A stretch of 24,000 bases of DNA from Halorubrum tailed virus 25. Below are positions 16,558 to 23,048 of the stretch, piece after piece (position 1 is the first letter of the stretch; every line of letters starts with the position of its first letter). The notes below the pieces were generated by a model. It had not been told where the DNA came from. It worked only from the letters and a program-made list of their open reading frames with translations, and made no database searches. Location: sequence record NC_062759.1. The stretch is one strand, 5' to 3'. The position numbers were made by a program, and so were the translations under genes.

Positions 16558-16925
16558 GCTATCCGAATAGGTTTGTTTCCGGGGCGGTGGAACGGGTGTT
16601 CCACGTCGTCGGCCCCCATCCCGGTGTTGAACGGGTGTTCGTAATCCGGGTCGGCGAGCCGCTTCAGGTCGTGCCACATATTCGCGCTCAGGGACGACCC
16701 GAGCCGACGCTTCGCGTTTACCTTGTAGGCTCGATTGTCCTTCCCGGTGATTTTGACGTGGGTAGCTTTCCCGTAGAAGTCGGTCTGGGTCACCCGAAGG
16801 TGAAGCCAGCCGCCGTTATACAGAAACTCCAAAGAGTCCTGCTCGCCACGGCGAATCCGCTTCATGTTCCGAAGGAAGCCAACTGTAATCGGTTTGTCAA
16901 CGCTGGGGAATATTGTTGCTGTCAT
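16554..16925 (-). CDS. hypothetical basic protein
   Basis: 123-aa ORF; leader CTACCCAACCATG. Confidence 0.65.
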   Translation of the reverse strand: MTATIFPSVDKPITVGFLRNMKRIRRGEQDSLEFLYNGGWLHLRVTQTDFYGKATHVKITGKDNRAYKVNAKRRLGSSLSANMWHDLKRLADPDYEHPFNTGMGADDVEHPFHRPGNKPIRIA

Positions 16926-16941
16926 GGTTGGGTAGGCCGCG

Positions 16942-16988
16942 TTCCCGCCGCTCTTGGAGCGGTTTCATTTATCTTTCAGACTCGGGAG
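16942..16988 (-). promoter_or_regulatory. copy 7 of covarying-arm intergenic element
   Basis: TTCCCG...CGGGAG arms with inner CCGCTC-TTG-GAGCGG hairpin and tttcatttatctttcagac core. Confidence 0.6.
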
Positions 16989-16994
16989 CCGAAA

Positions 16995-17192
16995 TTAGTA
17001 GGCGCGGTACTTCTCGCCGGTTTTCTTGTCGATAACGTGTTCGCTCTCTGCCTCGCAATTCATATTCGTACAGATGTATCGGGGCTTTCCGGTCTTCTTA
17101 CTAATTCGCTTCCGGTAGTTGTGGTGGCCGCACGGAAGCATGAGCCGGTACGGGTCACGAAGTGCGGCCCGGTGTCGCTCGCTTACTGCCAT
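16995..17192 (-). CDS. zinc-finger-like protein
   Basis: LPCGHHNYRKRISKKTGKPRYICTNMNCEAES. Confidence 0.6.
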   Translation of the reverse strand: MAVSERHRAALRDPYRLMLPCGHHNYRKRISKKTGKPRYICTNMNCEAESEHVIDKKTGEKYRAY

Positions 17193-17428
17193 TCTCGGTC
17201 GATTATGAACCAGTCGCTCGCGTTCCCTTCATGAACGTCGTTCGTAATCTCTTGAACCGCCGAGACTGCCTTCTCGTGGGTCAGGTGGTCGTGGTGAATT
17301 GAGTAGCACTCGATGATTGAGTCCCACTCGTCTATCAGCTCGTCGCCTTCGAAAAGCTGGACGTGGTATTCGTAAGCGTTCTCGTCTTCTTTGACGCGGT
17401 AGACGCGTCCGTTAACTCTGTAGTTCAT
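17183..17428 (-). CDS. hypothetical protein
   Basis: 81-aa ORF in packed operon. Confidence 0.6.
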   Translation of the reverse strand: MNYRVNGRVYRVKEDENAYEYHVQLFEGDELIDEWDSIIECYSIHHDHLTHEKAVSAVQEITNDVHEGNASDWFIIDREWQ

Positions 17429-17429
17429 G

Positions 17430-17798
17430 TTAGTGTTCCATGTGGTAGATAGTCACCGCGTAGTGCTGAACGTCGTCGTAAGCAAACGCCTCGGCCCGCA
17501 ACTCTACGATTAAGGAAAACGTCGCCAACGTCGCCGGGTCCGTCCAAAGGAACCGGTAACGGTTGTCGCCCTCGGCTTCGTAGACCTCGCCGTTCCGAAT
17601 TACATCCCCGACCGTTTCCCACGGGATTTTCCGCTCTTTCACCGTTCGAACGAATTTGCTCCAGCCCTTGTCGTGTTCCGCCGGGACCGGAGTGTAAAAC
17701 TCAGGCCGCCGGGGGACTGATGTAACGGGCCAGTCGTGGGTGTATTCGTCGGCGTATCGCTCAACTTCTTTGTGGGTTTGGATGCTACTCATTAGCAA
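17430..17798 (-). CDS. hypothetical protein
   Basis: 122-aa ORF; start may be MSSIQ rather than MLMSSIQ. Confidence 0.6.
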   Translation of the reverse strand: MLMSSIQTHKEVERYADEYTHDWPVTSVPRRPEFYTPVPAEHDKGWSKFVRTVKERKIPWETVGDVIRNGEVYEAEGDNRYRFLWTDPATLATFSLIVELRAEAFAYDDVQHYAVTIYHMEH

Positions 17799-18538
17799 CT
17801 CCCGACAACCCGAAGGTCGTCGTTCTCTCGGTCGTAATCAAATTCCGGGGCGTCCCAATCGCGGCCGCAATCCTCGCAGAAGGCCACTTCCGAATGTTCT
17901 CGGCCGGTTGTCACAACGTGGTTGTGGTCGCACTCGGCCTCGAACTCCCGAAGTGCCTCATAGACTTTCTCAACTCCAGCCCGCTCGGCCGCCTTTAGCT
18001 CCTTACGGAGCAGGTCTCGGGCTTCGCTCGCCTGAATCTCGGGCGGTTCGTGACTGAAATTCACCTTGTCCGGGACCGGCTCGCCGTCGAGCATGGCCGT
18101 AATCTCGGTCGGAGTCCACGGAACGACCGTATCAATCGGGACGTAATCAGACAGTCGCGGGTCGCTGAATCCGACGTGTCGCTCGCCGCGAATCCGGGTG
18201 CCGCCCCGGCTCGCGTTCTTCATTTCCAGCCGACCGTGAATCCGGTCGGGGTCGGAAAGCGTCTCCCATTCCAGAGAGTAGCGGTACTCCGAAAGGCCGG
18301 GAATCGTTCCGCCGACCATCTCGTTCCGTTCGTAGTCGAAGTGTTCTTTCGACTGGTAGAAGACAAATCCGAAGTGCCGCCCGTTACCCGCGGTCGGAAC
18401 GTCATTCGAGTGGAGTTTGGTAATCCAGTAGTCGTCTGAAAGCGAATCCAGATAGTTGATTTTCCGAAGCGCCTTGTTATCTTCAATGTCGATTCGGTAC
18501 GTGTAGGTCCGGGGCTTGCGTCGGTTGTTGTAACTCAT
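17792..18538 (-). CDS. hypothetical protein with Cys/His residues
   Basis: MSYNNRRKPRTYTYR...; start 18538 directly preceded by AAACCAAACCCAACC. Confidence 0.7.
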   Translation of the reverse strand: MSYNNRRKPRTYTYRIDIEDNKALRKINYLDSLSDDYWITKLHSNDVPTAGNGRHFGFVFYQSKEHFDYERNEMVGGTIPGLSEYRYSLEWETLSDPDRIHGRLEMKNASRGGTRIRGERHVGFSDPRLSDYVPIDTVVPWTPTEITAMLDGEPVPDKVNFSHEPPEIQASEARDLLRKELKAAERAGVEKVYEALREFEAECDHNHVVTTGREHSEVAFCEDCGRDWDAPEFDYDRENDDLRVVGSC

Positions 18539-18569
18539 GGTTGGGTTTGGTTTGGTTTTGGTTAGTCGC

Positions 18570-18618
18570 GTTCCCGCCGCTCTTGGAGCGGTTTCATACA
18601 TCTTTCAAACTCGGGAAC
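18570..18618 (-). promoter_or_regulatory. copy 8 of covarying-arm intergenic element
   Basis: GTTCCCG...CGGGAAC with inner CCGCTC-TTG-GAGCGG. Confidence 0.65.
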
Positions 18619-18620
18619 AG

Positions 18621-18830
18621 TTATCGGCTGAACAGCCCGGCCGAAGTCGTAATCAGCGGCTCGTCGTTAACGAGAGTGTTCACAATCACGCCGTTCGTCG
18701 CCATCCTGAATTGAAGGTCAATTGTCGCGGCGTGTTCGGTTCCGGTATCGCCTCGGTCGGCGTGTCCGAATTGTCGGTACGACCCGTCCGGTCGAATGAC
18801 TCCCGAAGGAGCCGGGTACTTGAAGTTCAT
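18621..18830 (-). CDS. hypothetical protein
   Basis: MNFKYPAPSGVIRPDGSY...; alternative start at 18848. Confidence 0.5.
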   Translation of the reverse strand: MNFKYPAPSGVIRPDGSYRQFGHADRGDTGTEHAATIDLQFRMATNGVIVNTLVNDEPLITTSAGLFSR

Positions 18831-18831
18831 T

Positions 18832-18999
18832 TTAAGTTGCTTTGTCAACGACCTCGCCTAGCGGGAAGGTGACCGTCGTTTCGTCTTGCTTTTCTACAAT
18901 CAAGTCCGGCCCCTCTCTCCACCATGTTCGAACGTCGGTGACCGTGCCTTCATTATTCGGCGTAACGACTGTGATTGTGGTTGGGTTTGGTTGTGTCAT
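18832..18999 (-). CDS. 55-aa hypothetical protein (MTQPNPTTITVVTPNNEGTVTDVRTWWREGPDLIVEKQDETTVTFPLGEVVDKAT)
   Basis: Hand-translated; fills the gap between adjacent minus-strand genes. Confidence 0.5.
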   Translation of the reverse strand: MTQPNPTTITVVTPNNEGTVTDVRTWWREGPDLIVEKQDETTVTFPLGEVVDKAT

Positions 19000-19626
19000 T
19001 TAGTTGGTTTCCACCCGAAGCGGGGCATTACAGCACCGCGAACGGTAATCGCCGGGATTTTTCACCGTCTTCGATTTCCGGTGTCGGTAAGCTACGTCTT
19101 TATCGCACTCTTTACAGAACAGAACGTATTTGGCCTCGTCTTCGGCGAACGACTCGCAATGCCGGTGTGTTTCCAGCGGCTCAACAAGCGTCTTGAACAG
19201 TCGGCCGTGGCCGCCTTTGTGGTAGTTCTGGACGGTGTGGACGTGAATCAATTCGTGGCGAATGGTCTCGGCAAATTGTTCCCAGCCCCACTTTTGATAC
19301 GCCTTCCAAGCATATCGGATGTACTTTACTTGGTCCGAGCCCTTGATGTGAGCCACCTTTCCGGCCGTCTTCACAAGCTGGTCGGAAACCTCAACTGGAA
19401 TCCCGTCGAGGTCAACATCCAGCACGTCGTAGTGGCTGTTACACCAATCGTGGTATTCGTCAATCGCCCGCTTCAATTCGGGGCGGCTCATGTCGTCCGG
19501 GAAGCTCGGTTCCGACTCGTCGTTCGACTCGTCGGTTTCTGGTTCCGGTTCCGGCTCCGGTTCTGGCTCCGGCTCGTCGGTTTTGAATTGGCTCTTGTCG
19601 AATCCTTTCGGTGTTGGGAATCCCAT
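19000..19626 (-). CDS. SprT-like zinc metallopeptidase domain protein
   Basis: IRHELIHVHTVQNYHKGGHGRLFKTLV (HExxH) and C-terminal CKEC...CCNAPL ribbon; N-terminal EPEPEPEPEPE linker. Confidence 0.7.
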   Translation of the reverse strand: MGFPTPKGFDKSQFKTDEPEPEPEPEPEPETDESNDESEPSFPDDMSRPELKRAIDEYHDWCNSHYDVLDVDLDGIPVEVSDQLVKTAGKVAHIKGSDQVKYIRYAWKAYQKWGWEQFAETIRHELIHVHTVQNYHKGGHGRLFKTLVEPLETHRHCESFAEDEAKYVLFCKECDKDVAYRHRKSKTVKNPGDYRSRCCNAPLRVETN

Positions 19627-19627
19627 T

Positions 19628-19786
19628 TTAGCACCAGTCTTCTACGTAGACCGCGCCGTTCGGCTCGGCCGTGATTGATTGTCCTACCTTGTCGCCGAGG
19701 AAGCTGATGCTATCGGTTCCAAAGCAGACCACTAAATCATCTCCGGGGAGTAATGGTACTTCGAAGTCGGCTACTATGTCGGTCAT
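19628..19786 (-). CDS. 52-aa hypothetical protein (MTDIVADFEVPLLPGDDLVVCFGTDSISFLGDKVGQSITAEPNGAVYVEDWC)
   Basis: Hand-translated; leader AAACTACCCAACCATG. Confidence 0.55.
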   Translation of the reverse strand: MTDIVADFEVPLLPGDDLVVCFGTDSISFLGDKVGQSITAEPNGAVYVEDWC

Positions 19787-19847
19787 GGTTGGGTAGTTTG
19801 GTTTGGTTGTTACTCGTCAATCTATTCAACAGCCCTTTTGGGCGAAG

Positions 19848-19914
19848 TCCCAATCCGGGAGTCGAACCCGGTTACTGTCCTGTTTGGGGAAGCGGGGTTC
19901 CTGCCGAATAGGGA
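19848..19914 (-). other. compact tRNA-like fold
   Basis: Sense TCCCTAT/ATTGGGA closing stem (6 of 7 pairs), GGAA-CCCCGC-TTCC arm, CCGGG-TTCGACT-CCCGG T-arm; 67 nt. Confidence 0.4.
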
Positions 19915-19976
19915 TTATCCGAAACCGGAGAACCCTATCCTACAACCCCCTTGTAGTTCCCCCTTCTTCCTTTCCC

Positions 19977-20084
19977 TTACTGAACCTCGCCGCAATTGAG
20001 GCAGTAAGACAATCCCACTTTAGGATTGAGTCGGTCGGGGAATTGTCCGAATCCTTTGTCGGAGCCACAATCAAGGCACTTCAT
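19977..20084 (-). CDS. 35-aa double-CxxC zinc-ribbon miniprotein (MKCLDCGSDKGFGQFPDRLNPKVGLSYCLNCGEVQ)
   Basis: Hand-translated, missing from the ORF track; ATGA overlap with the preceding gene's stop. Confidence 0.6.
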   Translation of the reverse strand: MKCLDCGSDKGFGQFPDRLNPKVGLSYCLNCGEVQ

Positions 20085-20314
20085 AATCTTGGAATGAATT
20101 TCGAAGCCCGTTCGTGGTCCGGGCAATTTGGGTGCCGACAATAGTATTCTACGTCGGAGGGAGTTTCAGGGTGAACGTGTTCGACTCTTAAGAGTCGGTC
20201 GTAAGAGCAGACCTTACACTCCATGTCTTCAATCGTAACTCGCTTTCCGGAATAACCGAGTCCCCGAATAAGATTGACTGAATTGTAAAGCTTGCTGATT
20301 GTGTTGTCTGTCAT
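20081..20314 (-). CDS. zinc-ribbon-like protein (MECKVCSYDRLLRVEHVHPETPSDVEYYCRHPNC)
   Basis: Start MTDNTISKLY at 20314 with AAATCAAACCATG leader. Confidence 0.6.
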   Translation of the reverse strand: MTDNTISKLYNSVNLIRGLGYSGKRVTIEDMECKVCSYDRLLRVEHVHPETPSDVEYYCRHPNCPDHERASKFIPRL

Positions 20315-20322
20315 GGTTTGAT

Positions 20323-20574
20323 TTATTCCAGCGGGAAGTCTTCTTGCCACGCCGTTTCGGCTCGGCCCTTTGCCATTCGACGGGAACCCGGCGGGTCAAC
20401 CGGCCACGACGAAATAATATGCGTCTCGATAAGTTCGTCGTAGTAATCCATGAACCGCTCGACGTATTCGGATTTGTCTGGGTGCTTCGATTCAATATCG
20501 TATCCTCGATAATCGTAATCGTGGGTTGCTTCAATTGAAGCTAATGCGATTACTTCGTCCCAAGTGAGACTCAT
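20323..20574 (-). CDS. hypothetical protein
   Basis: 83-aa ORF. Confidence 0.6.
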   Translation of the reverse strand: MSLTWDEVIALASIEATHDYDYRGYDIESKHPDKSEYVERFMDYYDELIETHIISSWPVDPPGSRRMAKGRAETAWQEDFPLE

Positions 20575-20837
20575 TTCTGTTTCACCTCAAGGTCAGCATA
20601 TCCACCTTCGGTTTCTTGAGTGACAATCACAGTTTGATTGTATTCACCAATATCAGCACATTCTGAAACACCGAAGGCAAATCCGTTTAGATTCAGAGCG
20701 CAAGCCGTCAATTCCTCACGTCGCTGGTCGCTGTCGATGGCGTAAATTTTGTAGCCGCCGTTTCGGGTGATGTTTCCATCAACTTCGTCTTCTTGTCGTT
20801 CAATAACTACGTTCATGGCTTCTACTCTGGTTGTCAT
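20571..20837 (-). CDS. hypothetical protein
   Basis: 88-aa ORF; leader AACCAAACCAAACCCAACCATG. Confidence 0.6.
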   Translation of the reverse strand: MTTRVEAMNVVIERQEDEVDGNITRNGGYKIYAIDSDQRREELTACALNLNGFAFGVSECADIGEYNQTVIVTQETEGGYADLEVKQK

Positions 20838-20862
20838 GGTTGGGTTTGGTTTGGTTGGGCTG

Positions 20863-20913
20863 CCTTCCCGCCGCTATCGGGCGGTTTCATGTATGTTTCA
20901 AACTCGGGAAAGG
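20863..20913 (-). promoter_or_regulatory. copy 9 of covarying-arm intergenic element
   Basis: CCTTCCCG...ggtttcatgtatgtttcaaact...CGGGAAAGG. Confidence 0.65.
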
Positions 20914-20915
20914 AG

Positions 20916-21122
20916 TTATTCGGATTCCAATTCGCGGGCCGCTTCAACCGTTCTGGAATCTATCAAGGCGGCTTGAATCTCGTCTAATTCAAAGTACATC
21001 CTATCAAGGTGTTCCGAATCCCCATCTGATTCGGCTAAGATTGTTTCAATCTCGGTCTGGATTTGGCCGACTGATTCCAGCGCGTCTTTTCGAAGTGCGT
21101 CGAGGTTATCTGTGTGATTCAT
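20916..21122 (-). CDS. hypothetical protein, predicted coiled coil
   Basis: 68-aa helical, acidic ORF. Confidence 0.55.
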   Translation of the reverse strand: MNHTDNLDALRKDALESVGQIQTEIETILAESDGDSEHLDRMYFELDEIQAALIDSRTVEAARELESE

Positions 21123-21334
21123 TAGAATTTGTTTCGGGCGATTTCTTCGGCTCGCTCTACGTCTTCTTGAGTCGGGATTTCGTCTCGGTCGTATCCCATC
21201 TTGCCTAATTCAATCTCAACGAGTCGATTGAATTTGCGTTCTTCTCGAACCCGGCGGTCGTGGCGGGCCTTGATTCCGGGGTCGGCGTAATATCCTTCGG
21301 GCTTGTCTCTCCAGTCGTTTCGGTAAATGCTCAT
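21122..21334 (-). CDS. hypothetical protein
   Basis: 70-aa ORF abutting neighbours. Confidence 0.6.
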   Translation of the reverse strand: MSIYRNDWRDKPEGYYADPGIKARHDRRVREERKFNRLVEIELGKMGYDRDEIPTQEDVERAEEIARNKF

Positions 21335-21335
21335 T

Positions 21336-21566
21336 TTAGAAGTACCAATCGGGCTCGGCGGTAATCATGTCACCGATAATGGGATTCTCAAGCCGCGCCT
21401 CAAATTCAGTTTGTGCCTCGTCTTCGGCCTCGGTTGATTCCGGCTCGTCCCAGCCAATATTGTAGGCCAATTCCGGATTCATTTCGAAGTCGGGGTCGTG
21501 GTAGCCGTTCCGGTCGTCAAGGTCAATAGCGGTACTGTCGTCGGGGTCAAATTCAACTGCGCTCAT
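21336..21566 (-). CDS. hypothetical acidic protein
   Basis: Start MSAVEFDPDD at 21566 preceded by ACAACCAAACC. Confidence 0.6.
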   Translation of the reverse strand: MSAVEFDPDDSTAIDLDDRNGYHDPDFEMNPELAYNIGWDEPESTEAEDEAQTEFEARLENPIIGDMITAEPDWYF

Positions 21567-21597
21567 GGTTTGGTTGTAACTCTCGGGTTTGGTTGAG

Positions 21598-21630
21598 TCA
21601 CCCACTTATTCGAAAGTGGGATATTAAAGC
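21598..21630 (-). promoter_or_regulatory. promoter: TATA-like box plus GAATAAGTGGGTGA block
   Basis: Sense GCTTTAATATC-CCACTTTCGAATAAGTGGGTGA; inverted repeat CCCACTT/AAGTGGG. Confidence 0.55.
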
Positions 21631-21642
21631 TATCTGTCGGGG

Positions 21643-21786
21643 CTATTCGAAAAGGCCGTTCATGGTTTCGCCCTCTTTTCGGCGAGTGATTTCGTCGCCG
21701 ACTTCCTGCTGTTTTCGGCGTTGCTGGGCCCATTTGTCCGGCGTTGATTCTTCTTTCGAATCCTCGTCTTGCTCTTGCCATTTCAT
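21643..21786 (-). CDS. hypothetical highly charged 47-aa protein
   Basis: MKWQEQDEDSKEESTPDKWAQQRRKQQEVGDEITRRKEGETMNGLFE; upstream part of the track ORF overlaps a structured RNA-like element, so the start is taken at 21786. Confidence 0.5.
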   Translation of the reverse strand: MKWQEQDEDSKEESTPDKWAQQRRKQQEVGDEITRRKEGETMNGLFE

Positions 21787-21809
21787 GCTATCAAATCCCC
21801 TTGTGGGGA

Positions 21810-21859
21810 TTCCTAAGCCGGGAGTCGAACCCGGCGGGAAGTCCAGCACTTCTTAGGAA
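21810..21859 (-). other. minimal tRNA-like three-way fold (50 nt)
   Basis: Sense TTCCTAA / GAAGT-GCTGG-ACTTC / CCGGG-TTCGACT-CCCGG / TTAGGAA: 7-bp closing stem, one 5-bp arm, canonical T-arm; followed by hairpin AATCCCC/GGGGATT (21794-21811). Confidence 0.5.
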
Positions 21860-21885
21860 GAATCAGCTACGGCTCGGGGTTTGGT

Positions 21886-22548
21886 TTAGTTGTGGACGAC
21901 CTTGTAGCCAGCCTCTTTCAGAGCTTCGACGGCCCCCTCGGCGGTCTTGTCGCCGAGCCGGTTAACGGTCTTGAGGGTTTCAAGCACTTCGTCGTCACTC
22001 ACTTCGTCGCCGCTTTCAGCGGCCCAGACCACGAGGTTACCTTCGTCGTCGGTCGGTGCCTCATATTCGTCGGGAATGAGAATGTCGTCGTCGTTGTCGG
22101 TGAAGGTCTCGGGGTTAACCCCGAAGTCGGCGGCGTTTTCGACATTCAACACTTCGTGTTCGAAGTCCGGTTCGATTTCCTCTTTGAATCCCCGAAGGCC
22201 GACCTCCGAAGGAATGTCGCCGTTTTCACGCATTTCCCGGAGGGAAGCCTTCATGTCGTCCTTAGCATCCTTGTAGAACACGAAGTGGTCGGCGAGGGGC
22301 GACTGGCCCTTAAGGGCCGCAATATCGGCGTTGCTGGGCCGGTCGCCGTCGCCGAATAAGTGAGTCCGGCAAAGCTTCGAGATACCCCGGTAGGTATCAA
22401 CGACCATCCAGTAATCCTGAAGGGTCTCGATTTGCTCGTCGCTAAGAGTGTCGTAGACACTCTCGGGCTCCGGTTCGGGCTCCGGTTCGGCGGCCGCGGC
22501 GTTGTTCTGGTTGCTGTCGTTGCTGTCGTTGGGAGTCGGGAAAGCCAT
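21886..22548 (-). CDS. hypothetical acidic protein with EPEPEPEPE linker
   Basis: MAFPTPNDSNDSNQNN... 220 aa; leader AACCAAACCAAACCCAAACTAATG. Confidence 0.7.
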   Translation of the reverse strand: MAFPTPNDSNDSNQNNAAAAEPEPEPEPESVYDTLSDEQIETLQDYWMVVDTYRGISKLCRTHLFGDGDRPSNADIAALKGQSPLADHFVFYKDAKDDMKASLREMRENGDIPSEVGLRGFKEEIEPDFEHEVLNVENAADFGVNPETFTDNDDDILIPDEYEAPTDDEGNLVVWAAESGDEVSDDEVLETLKTVNRLGDKTAEGAVEALKEAGYKVVHN

Positions 22549-22998
22549 TAGTTTGGGTTTGGTTTGGTTAATTCGGCCCACAAGGGCCGTTCTATGTCTC
22601 ATCAGCCCCCGGTGTTGGCTATGGCTCCGGGGAGACGGCCCCCGAAGGGGCCGTTTCGACTGCCATTTTGCTGTTAGCCCTGAAAGGGCTCTTAGGAAGT
22701 TTGTATCGCCTTCGGTTTCGTCCCCTTGCGGGGTTTCACGCCGTCGTAAGCAAGTCCATGAATGTCTCCCCCGAAGGGGACGGCCGGATAGGTCCGGTTC
22801 GCTCTTAGCCTTATCCCGAAGGCTTCCAACGGGCCCGGAAAGGCCCGGAAATGGGATTTATGCGGCCCCCAAGGGGGCCGGGCTTGAGTTACTACGGATA
22901 GATTAGCCTAACAAGTTGGGTTTTATGCTTACGTCGTTTTAACGGCCGTAGCGGTTCCTTAAACGTCGGAATCCCGTTTACCGTTCGCATAGGTAAGC

Positions 22999-23048
22999 CC
23001 CTACAGTCAATCCCCCGAAGGTTCGAACCTTACGCAATCCCTGTAGGG
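22999..23048. other. structured element with 8-bp closing stem and T-loop-like heptamer
   Basis: CCCTACAG...AAGGTTCGAACCTT...CTGTAGGG. Confidence 0.45.

Noticed and set aside
19803-20144. Plus-strand 113-aa ORF
   Set aside because: Covers the tRNA-like element and polypyrimidine tract; the minus-strand 35-aa zinc-ribbon ORF is better supported
22930-22990. Possible second 23S rRNA-like stretch (ACGGCCGTAGCGGTTCCTTAAACGTCGG)
   Set aside because: Only short word similarity to rRNA; too weak to claim
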